A stretch of DNA of 64,000 bases. Source: an uncultured delta proteobacterium (GTDB lineage: Bacteria > Desulfobacterota > Binatia > HRBIN30 > BPIQ01). Shown one piece after another: positions 25,219-33,467 of this stretch; within the stretch, counting starts at the first letter, position 1; the number at the start of each line of letters is the position of its first letter. A program made the position numbers and the translations under genes. Where the stretch lies: positions 325,059 to 389,058 of the forward strand of contig CAVXGR010000013.1 in the NCBI GenBank assembly GCA_963761335.1, written 5' to 3'. Below the pieces are notes generated by a model. That model was given only the letters and a program-made list of their open reading frames with translations. It was not told the origin of the DNA and did no database searches.

Positions 25219-26358
25219 ATGGAAAGACGCATGCGCATTCCCCTGGCAACCTTGGCGGCTGGAATTCTGGCAGTTGCCGGGTGCGGCGGAGGTGGCGGAA
25301 CGCCGCCCCCGCCGAACCCGCTGTACGTCAGCGTCGCCGGCGACGACGGCAACGTCGGCACCCGCGAGAACCCGCTGCGCACCATTGGCGAGGCAGCCAG
25401 CATCGCTCTAGACGGCTACGCCGTCATCGTCGGCCCCGGCGTCTACGAGGAGGCGGTGAGCACGGATCGGACGGGAACGCCGGCGCAGGCGGTGAGCTAC
25501 ATCGCCGACTTCACCGGCGAGCTCTCGCAGACGAACCCCGGCGATGTCACCATCGTGGCGCCGCTCCCGCAGACGCAGAACTCTCTCCCGGTGGCTTTCA
25601 AGTTGAACCATACCGCCAACACCATCCTCGACGGCTTTCACATCACCGGCGGAAGCGGCGGCGGCGTGGTCATCAACCGCAGCCCCGGAGCCCGGGTGCA
25701 GAGCTGCGTCATCTACGACAACAAAGGGAACCAGGGCGACGGTATCCGGGTCCAGGATTCGCTGGGCGTCACCCTGTTCAACAACCTCGTCTTCGGCAAC
25801 TCCAACGCCGGCATCTCTGTCGTCGGGCAGCCGGGCTCGCCGAACGCCCAGCTCCTCAACAACACGCTGTATCACAACCTCTACCGCGGCATTACCGTGG
25901 GCACCACCACCGCGACCTCGACCGGGGCCTTCCTGCGCAACAACATCCTGTCCAAAAACGGCGACGCCGCGCCCGTGCCGCTCAATATCCGCGTGATCAC
26001 CGAGCCACCCAGCACCACCGGTTTCAACGGAGACTTCAATCTCGTGTTCCCGGACACCTACACGCCGTCGACCCTCGCGGGGAGGAACGACATCAACGAG
26101 GATCCGCGCTTCGCCAACCCCGACGATCGCAACAATCCGGACTTCCGCCTGCTGGCGGACAGCCCGGCGATCGATCACGGCACCAACTCGCTGGGGAACG
26201 CCGAGCTCGAGGACTGCCTGCGCCAATGGAGTGCGACCCTGGACCCCTCTTCCGACATCGGCCGCTTCGACATGGGGTACCACGTCCCCAGCGGCGATCG
26301 GGAGCAGGCCCATTGCGGCGCGCGCCTACCCACTCCGATGCCGACTCCGGCGGCGTGA
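25219..26358 (+). CDS. Lipoprotein with DUF1565-like N-terminus and right-handed beta-helix repeats
   Basis: LAVAGC lipobox; YVSVAGDD..GTRENPLRTI, VIVGPGVY.E; NNLVFGN/NNTLYHN repeats; DFRLLADSPAID.G. Confidence 0.85.
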   Translation: MERRMRIPLATLAAGILAVAGCGGGGGTPPPPNPLYVSVAGDDGNVGTRENPLRTIGEAASIALDGYAVIVGPGVYEEAVSTDRTGTPAQAVSYIADFTGELSQTNPGDVTIVAPLPQTQNSLPVAFKLNHTANTILDGFHITGGSGGGVVINRSPGARVQSCVIYDNKGNQGDGIRVQDSLGVTLFNNLVFGNSNAGISVVGQPGSPNAQLLNNTLYHNLYRGITVGTTTATSTGAFLRNNILSKNGDAAPVPLNIRVITEPPSTTGFNGDFNLVFPDTYTPSTLAGRNDINEDPRFANPDDRNNPDFRLLADSPAIDHGTNSLGNAELEDCLRQWSATLDPSSDIGRFDMGYHVPSGDREQAHCGARLPTPMPTPAA

Positions 26359-26387
26359 AGTATCGCCGCGAGGCGCCGCGGCGGGCC

Positions 26388-26927
26388 TCAATGCAGGCGC
26401 TGCACTCGGCGGGAGGCCTGGATCTCGGCGACCAGCTGCTTCAGGCAGGCCTGTAGCTCGCCGCGATTTTCGCGCAGCTTCTGCTGAATGTCGCGGAGAG
26501 CACCGCGTTGGCGGCGGTCGCGCAGCGAGAGATGGCGCCGCTGCAGATCGGTGCGCTCGCTCAACAGCCGCTCCGCCTTGGCGAGCGACATCAGGCGGAC
26601 GGTTCCTCCCTGGAGATCGTCGGTGACGGCGATGAAACGGCTGAGCAGACCGGTGTGGTGGTTGTGAACCTCGCTCAGCAGACCGCGGTCGCTGATGTGC
26701 GCGTCGAGGTAGAAGGAGCGCGAGAACTCCCGCAGGGCCTTCTCCACCTCGCCGCGCTGCAAGAACGCGTCGCCGCGGCGGCTTCTCTGCTGGGCGCGGG
26801 TGAATCGCAGTCGCTCGAGCGAACGGCCGACCGGGAGATTCAGCGCATTCCACAGCACCGACAGGATGGCGAGGACTATCGCCAGCGAGACCGCCAGCAG
26901 CACGGCGGCGAGGACAAAGGTGAACAT
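26388..26927 (-). CDS. Hypothetical membrane-anchored helical protein
   Basis: N-terminal TM helix, TPR-like hairpin (GDAFLQRGEVEKALREF), C-terminal coiled coil. Confidence 0.7.
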   Translation of the reverse strand: MFTFVLAAVLLAVSLAIVLAILSVLWNALNLPVGRSLERLRFTRAQQRSRRGDAFLQRGEVEKALREFSRSFYLDAHISDRGLLSEVHNHHTGLLSRFIAVTDDLQGGTVRLMSLAKAERLLSERTDLQRRHLSLRDRRQRGALRDIQQKLRENRGELQACLKQLVAEIQASRRVQRLH

Positions 26928-27160
26928 CGCCTTCGGCAGCCGGCGGCCGTCAGCCGCCTCGCCGCCGCGGATCGCGATCGCCGATCGGCAAGCGGGTGTC
27001 GGACGGGTGGCCCAGTCGTTCGCACAGGGAGCGGGTCTTCATTGCAGCCGCCGCAGAGTAGCGGACGAGCGCCGCACATGCACGCGAAAATCAGCAGGGG
27101 GCAGCTTCCTTGACGGCCGCAAGGTGGCGGCGATAGGAGAACGGGCGGGCGGGGACTTCG

Positions 27161-27925
27161 ATGGACAGTGACTTTGGACAGCACGTAGCCGTGGTGACCG
27201 GCGCCTCGGCAGGGATCGGCGCGGCGGTGGCGCAGGCGCTCGCCGCCTCCGGCGTACGCGTCGTCCTCGGAGCGCGCCGGCCCGAACGACTGGCGGAAAT
27301 ATGCGAGCGGATTCGCGCCGGCGGCGGCGCGGCGGAGTTCGTGGCCACCGACATGCGCCGGGAGGCGGAGGTCGAGCGCCTGATCGACGGTGCGGCAGAC
27401 CGCTACGGGCGCTTGGACTTCCTGGTCAACAACGCCGCCGTGGGCACTGTGCGGCGCATCGCCGAGGGGCGAACCGCCGAGTGGCGCGCCATCCTGGAAA
27501 CCAACGTCCTCGGCACGCTGATCGCGTGCCGAGCAGCGCTGCACTACATGCTGCCGCACGGACGCGGTACGATCCTCAACATGTCCTCCGCCAGCGCTCA
27601 CGAGGCCTGGCCATACCTCGGCGTCTACGCCGCCTCGAAGGCGGCGGTGCACACCCTCTCGCGCGCCCTGCGCGCCGAGGTCGCCGAGCGGGGCGTGCGC
27701 GTCATGACCATCGAGATCCACAACGTCGGCGGTACCGAGTTCGCCTCCGGGTTTGACCCCGAGGAGATGCCCGCCGCCATCGCTCGCTGGAAGCAGCTCG
27801 GTCTTCTCAATCCGGCGAGCCCGATGCTGTGCGCCGAGGACGTCGCCCGCGCCGTCGTCTTCCAGCTCTCGCAGCCAGACCCGGTCAGCATCCACGAGCT
27901 GACCATTCGCTCGCGCGCCAACTGA
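27161..27925 (+). CDS. SDR family oxidoreductase
   Basis: TGASAGIG, LVNNAA, YAASK. Confidence 0.93.
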   Translation: MDSDFGQHVAVVTGASAGIGAAVAQALAASGVRVVLGARRPERLAEICERIRAGGGAAEFVATDMRREAEVERLIDGAADRYGRLDFLVNNAAVGTVRRIAEGRTAEWRAILETNVLGTLIACRAALHYMLPHGRGTILNMSSASAHEAWPYLGVYAASKAAVHTLSRALRAEVAERGVRVMTIEIHNVGGTEFASGFDPEEMPAAIARWKQLGLLNPASPMLCAEDVARAVVFQLSQPDPVSIHELTIRSRAN

Positions 27926-27934
27926 GGGGTGGGC

Positions 27935-28330
27935 ATGGCACAGAAAGACATCGAGGTCATCCTCATGCGGCAGCTGGCGAGCTGTCTCGCCATGCCGATC
28001 TTCATCGTCGACGCGGACGGCAGTCTGATCTTCTACAACGAGCCCGCCGAGGAGATCCTCGGCCAGCGATTCGAGGAGACCGGCGAGACGCCGGTGAACG
28101 ACTGGGCGGAGGCGTTCACGCCGACCGACGGCAACGGAGAGATGCTGGCTCCGCAATCCCTGCCCCTGGTGATTGCCCTGTCGGAGCATCGCCCGGCGCG
28201 CGCCAGCTTCTGGATTCGCGGCCTCGACCACGTGCGGCGCCACATCGACGTCATCGCCTTCCCGCTGACCGGGCAGTCGGATCGCCACCTCGGCGCGGTC
28301 GCCATCTTCTGGGAGACGCCGCCCGCATGA
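27935..28330 (+). CDS. Stand-alone PAS domain protein
   Basis: PIFIVDADGSLIFYNEPAEEILG PAS core; C-terminal LGAVAIFWE. Confidence 0.85.
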   Translation: MAQKDIEVILMRQLASCLAMPIFIVDADGSLIFYNEPAEEILGQRFEETGETPVNDWAEAFTPTDGNGEMLAPQSLPLVIALSEHRPARASFWIRGLDHVRRHIDVIAFPLTGQSDRHLGAVAIFWETPPA

Positions 28331-29196
28331 GAGTGCGCCTGTGGGGAACGCGCGGCTCGCTGGCCTCTCCCGGAGCCGACACGGCGCGCTACGGCGGCAA
28401 CACCTCGTGCGTCGAGGTGCGCGGCGGCGACGATACCCTCCTGGTCCTCGATGCCGGTACCGGCATCCGCCCGCTCGGTCGCACCCTGGCTGCCCAGCCG
28501 CGGCGCATCGACCTGCTGCTGACTCACCTGCACATGGATCACATTCAGGGCCTCGGCTTCTTCGAGCCGCTGCACATCCCCAACTTCGAGGTGCACATCT
28601 GGGGTCCGGCGAGCACCACCCTCAGTCTCAAGAGCCGCCTCATGCGCTATCTGTCGCCGCCCCTGTTCCCCGTGCGCTTGCGCGATCTCGCCTGCACTCT
28701 CTTTCTCCACGAGGTACGCACCACGGCCGACTTCGAGATCGGCGAGTTCCACATCTCCTCGGCGCTCGTCTGTCACCCCGATCCGACCCTCGGATACCGC
28801 ATCGCCAACGCCAACGGCAGCCTGACCTTCATCTCCGACCACGAGCCGGCCCTCGGTGCCGGCAAGTTTCCTCTGCGCGGCGACTGGACCTCGGGCTTCG
28901 CGCTCGCCAGGCACGCCGACCTTCTCATCCACGACGCGCAGTACACCGGCGCGGAGTACCCCAATCACGTCGGTTGGGGACACAGCTCCTTCGAGCAGAC
29001 CTTCGCCTTCGCCGCCATGGCGGGAGTGAAGCATCTGGTGACCTATCACCACGATCCGGCGCACACCGACGACGAGCTCGATCGCGCCCTGGCCGCCGCC
29101 ACGGCGGCGGGCAAGCCGCCGTTCGCCGTCACCCCGGGATGCGAGGGCTTCGTCTTCGAGCTCGGTCCGGGGGGTGAGGTGACGCGGCGGGACTGA
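28327..29196 (+). CDS. MBL-fold metallo-hydrolase (RNase Z / cyclic-nucleotide phosphodiesterase-like)
   Basis: WGTRGS, YGGNTSCVEV, LDAGTG, THLHMDHIQG, LIHDAQY, WGHS, HHDP; ATGA overlap with the PAS gene. Confidence 0.9.
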   Translation: MRVRLWGTRGSLASPGADTARYGGNTSCVEVRGGDDTLLVLDAGTGIRPLGRTLAAQPRRIDLLLTHLHMDHIQGLGFFEPLHIPNFEVHIWGPASTTLSLKSRLMRYLSPPLFPVRLRDLACTLFLHEVRTTADFEIGEFHISSALVCHPDPTLGYRIANANGSLTFISDHEPALGAGKFPLRGDWTSGFALARHADLLIHDAQYTGAEYPNHVGWGHSSFEQTFAFAAMAGVKHLVTYHHDPAHTDDELDRALAAATAAGKPPFAVTPGCEGFVFELGPGGEVTRRD

Positions 29197-29429
29197 ACCG
29201 CAGAGCCGCAGAGATCGCCGAGGGGGAGAACCGCCAAGGCGCCAAGGACGCCGAGAGAAGAACGCCAAGAAAGAAAAGGAGACAGGCCACTCCGGCAGGG
29301 CACCACAGACGATCGTCGTTCCGCGCCTTGGAGTGGCCTGTCTCCTTTTCTCCTCGGCGATCTTTTCTTTGCGTTCTTTGCGTTCTTGGCGGTTCCCCCT
29401 CTCCGCGTCCTCTGCGCCTCTGCGGTTCA
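29194..29429. repeat. 236-bp fold-back element built from 9-mer tandem units
   Basis: 45-bp imperfect outer inverted repeat and 22-bp perfect inner inverted repeat (29272-29293/29330-29351). Confidence 0.85.
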
Positions 29430-29451
29430 CCCCATGCGGCGCCCCCCCAAC

Positions 29452-29481
29452 TTGACGAACAAACGTTCGTTGGGATAGCGT
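29452..29481 (+). promoter_or_regulatory. Candidate promoter with overlapping palindromic operator
   Basis: TTGACG 29452-29457, TAGCGT 29476-29481, palindrome ACGAAC-AAAC-GTTCGT 29455-29470. Confidence 0.6.
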
Positions 29482-29489
29482 TCGCCGCC

Positions 29490-29927
29490 ATGAGCGAACA
29501 GCGACACGTCCGGGTGCCGATCAAGCCCGGGTTTTTCACGGTGCCGGACGATCCGGCGGCGGCGCCGATGTTTCTGGCGACGCGCTGCGGCGACTGCGGC
29601 GAGCACTTCTATCCGCGCCGCGCCATCTGCGCCAAGTGCCTGTCGGAGCGCACCAGCGACGTCGAGCTCGCCGGCCGCGGCACGCTCTACAGCTACACCT
29701 TCGTGCACTTTCCGCTCTTCGGCTCGACCAATCTCGAGCACATGGACGGCTACGGCGTCGGCCAGATCGATTTGCCCGAGGGACCGCGCATCCAGGCGCC
29801 GCTCGCCGGCAAGCAGGAGGACTTCCGCGTCGGCCAGACGGTGCAGGCCGAGCTCAGCATCATGCGCGAGGAGAACGGAGTGGAAACGGTGATTGCCCGC
29901 TTTCGCCCGGTGGAGGCAGGACGATGA
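29490..29927 (+). CDS. Zn-ribbon + OB-fold protein (DUF35/ChsH2-C family)
   Basis: CGDCG..FYPRRAICAKC, GTLYSYT.VH, IDLPEGPRI. Confidence 0.92.
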   Translation: MSEQRHVRVPIKPGFFTVPDDPAAAPMFLATRCGDCGEHFYPRRAICAKCLSERTSDVELAGRGTLYSYTFVHFPLFGSTNLEHMDGYGVGQIDLPEGPRIQAPLAGKQEDFRVGQTVQAELSIMREENGVETVIARFRPVEAGR

Positions 29928-31069
29928 ACGACGTCGCCGTCCTCGGCGTGGGGATGTACCGCTTCGGCATGTGGTCCGACGTCACCAACGGCACCATGGC
30001 GCGCCAGGCGGGAATGATGGCGCTGCGCGACGCTGGCCTGTCGTTCCGCGACGTCCAGTCCGCCTACGTCGGCCACATCTTCGCTTCGGTGATGAGCGGC
30101 GTTCGGGTGATGAAGGAGTTCGGCCTCACCGGCATTCCGGTGCAGCGCATCGAGAACGCCTCGGCGACCGGCTCGGCGGCCTTTCGCGAGGCCTGCCTGG
30201 CGGTCTCCGGCGGTCATTGCGACGTCGCCATGGTGCTCGGCTTCGACAAGATGACCACCATGATCCAGCAGAGCACCGCGGGAACGGCACCGGAGAACAT
30301 GGAGGACGCCATCCTCCCCGCTGCCTTCTTCGCCCTGTGGGCGACGCGGCGCATGCACGAGCGCGGCATGAAGGCCGAGCATCTGGCGCGCATCGCCGCC
30401 AAGAACTTCAACAACGGTGCCCTCAACCCGATGAGCCAGCGCCAGGCGGACAAGCCGGTGACGGTGGAGAAGGTGCTGGGCTCGCGCATGGTTGCCTGGC
30501 CTCTGACCACCATGATGTCCTGTCCGATCGGCGACGGCGCCGCCTGCGCCATCGTCGGGCGCGCCGATCTGGCGAAGCGCCTGCGCCCCGATCGGCCCGT
30601 GGTTCGCGTCGTCGCCTCGGCTCTGCAGAGCGAGCGCTACGCGCCCGGTCACCTCTTTCAGGGTCCGGTCGTCGGGCCGCCGCAGATGACCCGCGACACC
30701 TCGAAGCAGGTGTACGAGCAGGCGAGCCTCGGGCCGGCGGACATCGACCTGGTGCAGGTTCACGACGCCTTCGCCATCGAGGAGCTGGAGTACTACGAGC
30801 TTCTCGGGCTGTGCCGCGAAGGCGAGGCCGAGGCGGCGATCGAGCGCGGCGACTTCGAGATCGGCGGGCGCGTGCCGGTGTCCACCGACGGCGGTCTCAT
30901 CGCCCGCGGCCACCCGGGCGGCCCGACGGGCCTGGCGCAGATCTGGGAGACGACGCTGCAGCTGCGCGGCGAGGCCGGCAAGCGGCAGGTCGAGAACGCC
31001 CGCATCGGACTCTGCCACATGATGGGCGGCGGCAGCGTCTGCGCCATCCACATCTTGCGCCGGGACTAG
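29924..31069 (+). CDS. Thiolase-family protein (SCP2/Ltp type), nucleophile position Ser
   Basis: IENASATGS, DGAACAIV, VHDAF, GGLIARGHPGGPTG. Confidence 0.9.
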   Translation: MNDVAVLGVGMYRFGMWSDVTNGTMARQAGMMALRDAGLSFRDVQSAYVGHIFASVMSGVRVMKEFGLTGIPVQRIENASATGSAAFREACLAVSGGHCDVAMVLGFDKMTTMIQQSTAGTAPENMEDAILPAAFFALWATRRMHERGMKAEHLARIAAKNFNNGALNPMSQRQADKPVTVEKVLGSRMVAWPLTTMMSCPIGDGAACAIVGRADLAKRLRPDRPVVRVVASALQSERYAPGHLFQGPVVGPPQMTRDTSKQVYEQASLGPADIDLVQVHDAFAIEELEYYELLGLCREGEAEAAIERGDFEIGGRVPVSTDGGLIARGHPGGPTGLAQIWETTLQLRGEAGKRQVENARIGLCHMMGGGSVCAIHILRRD

Positions 31070-31112
31070 GTTCCGCGATCAAAACCCGCGCGGCGATCCG
31101 CCGGCAGTATCG

Positions 31113-32315
31113 ATGTTCGAGCTCAGCTACACCCCGGAGGAGGAATCGTTTCGCGCCGAGCTGCGCCAGTGGCTGGCCGAGAACCTCCCCCCCGGATGGC
31201 GGGAGGGGCGGGGAAAGCTTCCCGAGGACGAGGACGAGCGGCGCGAGTTTCAGCAGCGCTGGCAGCGGACGCTGGCGGGGGGTGGCTGGGTGGGCATCCA
31301 GTGGCCGCGCCAGTACGGCGGCCGCGGCGCCACCCTTAAGGAGCAGATCATTTTCACCGAGGAGATGGCGCGCCTGCGCGCTCCCGGCATTCTCGACCCG
31401 ATCAGCGTCAACATTGTCGGACCGACGCTGATCAACTTCGGTACCCCGGAGCAGAAGGCGCGCTACCTGCCGCGCATCCTGCCGGCGGACGACGTCTGGT
31501 GCCTCGGCTTCTCGGAGCCCAACGCCGGCTCCGATCTCGCCTCGCTGCGCTGCCGCGCCGAGCGCGACGGCGATCACTGGGTGGTCAGCGGCCAGAAGGT
31601 GTGGTCGAGCAAGGCGCACATCGCCGACTGGCTGCTGTTGCTGGCGCGCACCGATCTCGAGCTGCCGAAGCACAAGGGAATCAGCTGCCTGATCGTCGAC
31701 ATGCACAGCCCCGGGGTCAGCTGGCGACCGCTGGTGCAGATCTCCGGGCTCAAGGAGTTCAACGAGGTCTTCCTCGACCAGGTGCGCGTGCCGGTCGAGA
31801 ACACCATCGGGCCGGTCAACTCCGGCTGGCCCATCATTCGCTCGGCGCTGGCCCACGAGCGCGGTACGCTGTGGGCATTCGATTTCAAGGTCCGGTTGCA
31901 GAACGGCGCCCTGGCGCTCGCCGATCTCTACCGGCGCTGCCGCGCCGGCGCGCCCGGTCGCGGCGAGGATCTCGAGCCGTTGCGGCAGCAGGTGGTGCAG
32001 GCCTTCATCGAGGCGGAGGTGTTTGCGGCGCACACCCTGCGCATCCTGCCGCGCCTGCACGGCGCCGCCGATGCCCCGCCCGAGGCGGCCCTGCAGAAGC
32101 TCTTCGGCAGCGAGATCCAGCAGCGCGCCTGCGAGACGGCGATGGCTCTCGAGGGTCCCTACGCGCAGCTCGGCCGCGATCACCGCCGCGCCATCGACGC
32201 CGGCGAGTGGCAGGAGGCCTATCTCTACTCGCGCTCGGTGACCATCTCCTCCGGCACCTCCGAGGTGCTGCGCAGCCTGCTGGCGCAGAGGGCCCTCGGC
32301 CTGCCCCGAGACTGA
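31113..32315 (+). CDS. Acyl-CoA dehydrogenase
   Basis: WCLGFSEPNAGSDLASL, GQKVWSS, FNEVFLD, LAHER, ISSGTSEV. Confidence 0.95.
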   Translation: MFELSYTPEEESFRAELRQWLAENLPPGWREGRGKLPEDEDERREFQQRWQRTLAGGGWVGIQWPRQYGGRGATLKEQIIFTEEMARLRAPGILDPISVNIVGPTLINFGTPEQKARYLPRILPADDVWCLGFSEPNAGSDLASLRCRAERDGDHWVVSGQKVWSSKAHIADWLLLLARTDLELPKHKGISCLIVDMHSPGVSWRPLVQISGLKEFNEVFLDQVRVPVENTIGPVNSGWPIIRSALAHERGTLWAFDFKVRLQNGALALADLYRRCRAGAPGRGEDLEPLRQQVVQAFIEAEVFAAHTLRILPRLHGAADAPPEAALQKLFGSEIQQRACETAMALEGPYAQLGRDHRRAIDAGEWQEAYLYSRSVTISSGTSEVLRSLLAQRALGLPRD

Positions 32316-32328
32316 GGATGAGCGGTCG

Positions 32329-33144
32329 ATGAGCATTCACCCCGACGAGTTGGCGCGCCTGCCGCTGATCCGGCTCCGAGATCTGGTCCGCGATCAGCTG
32401 CAGAACCCGCCGCTGGGCTCGCGCCGCGCCGCCGGTGCCGGGACGCCGGTACGGGCCGGCGTGGTCGGCGGCGGCGACGAGCTCCTGGTCCTTGCCTGGT
32501 CCGCTGCCGAGCTGACGCGCGAGCGCGCCGCGGGAGTCCGGCTGCTGGGCGCGCTCGGCCTCGAGCCCGGCACGCGGGTCGCCAACGCCTTGCCCGGGGC
32601 GCTCTCGACGCCGGGATCCCTGCTGCTCGGCGACGTCGTCGAGCAGATCGGCTGTCTGGACGTGCCGTTGGGCGAAGTGCGCTCGGAGGCCGCGGCACGC
32701 CAGGCGTGGGCGCTCGTCGACCGCGTCGAGCCGTCCGTCCTGATCATCGAGCCGCACGGTGCCGGCGATCTGCTGCAGCACGCCGGCACCTCGGCGCGGC
32801 CGTGGTGGCGCGGCATCGTCTGGCTGCAGCGCGGTGGCTGGAGACCGCCGCCGGCCGTGGATGGATTTGGCGGCTGGCAGCGCCATTGGCTGGCGGTCCC
32901 CGAGGCCAGCAGCTTCGCGGCGCACTCGTGCGCCGCCGGCCGCCTGCATCCCGAGGAGCACGTCGTCGTGGAGATCGTCGACGAGAGCAACGGCATGGCG
33001 CTGCCTGCGGGCGCCGCCGGGAGCCTGGCGCTCACTGCGGCGCAGAGCGAAGCGCCGCTCTATCGCTATCTCACCGGCGTCCGCGCCCGCGCCCTGGACC
33101 GCTGCGCCTGCGGCGCCGCCGGAATCGCGCTGGAGCTGGTGTGA
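32329..33144 (+). CDS. Degenerate phenylacetate-CoA ligase (PaaK)-like protein
   Basis: LARLPL at the start; HSCAAGRLH.EEHVVVEIVD, GSLALT, PLYRYLTG, CACG; lacks the SSGTTG loop and the C-terminal domain. Confidence 0.6.
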   Translation: MSIHPDELARLPLIRLRDLVRDQLQNPPLGSRRAAGAGTPVRAGVVGGGDELLVLAWSAAELTRERAAGVRLLGALGLEPGTRVANALPGALSTPGSLLLGDVVEQIGCLDVPLGEVRSEAAARQAWALVDRVEPSVLIIEPHGAGDLLQHAGTSARPWWRGIVWLQRGGWRPPPAVDGFGGWQRHWLAVPEASSFAAHSCAAGRLHPEEHVVVEIVDESNGMALPAGAAGSLALTAAQSEAPLYRYLTGVRARALDRCACGAAGIALELV

Positions 33145-33158
33145 TGGAGAACGCCGCT

Positions 33159-33426
33159 CCTGCGCCCCTCCGGGGCGCTGATCGGAGCTGTGCGCAACGC
33201 CATCCCCCGGGTTTGCACCCGGGGCTACATGCCCACACCCCCTCTCGGGGGTGCGTGAGGCTATATGCCCACACCCCCTCTCGGGGGTGCGTGAGGCTAT
33301 ATGCCCACACCCCCTCTCGGGGGTGCGTGAGGCCGCCCCGCCAGGGGCGCGGGCGTGTAGCCCCGGGTGTCAACCCGGGGAACGCACGGCGGTTCCCCGC
33401 GGTGCGCCCCGCCAGGGGCGCGGGCA
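33159..33426. repeat. REP-like family A cluster with 3 x 36-bp tandem repeat
   Basis: GTAG-CCCCGGG-loop-CCCGGGG on both strands (33357-33380 plus; 33205-33228 minus), GCGCCCC-GGGGCGC hairpins, tandem units 33223-33330. Confidence 0.88.
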
Positions 33427-33467
33427 CGTCGACTGTCAACGGCGCCTGGTGATCGGAGAAACCGCGC

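Noticed and set aside
33223..33330. CRISPR array (36-bp palindromic repeats)
   Set aside because: Repeats are head-to-tail with no spacers, derive from the flanking REP motif, and there are no cas genes
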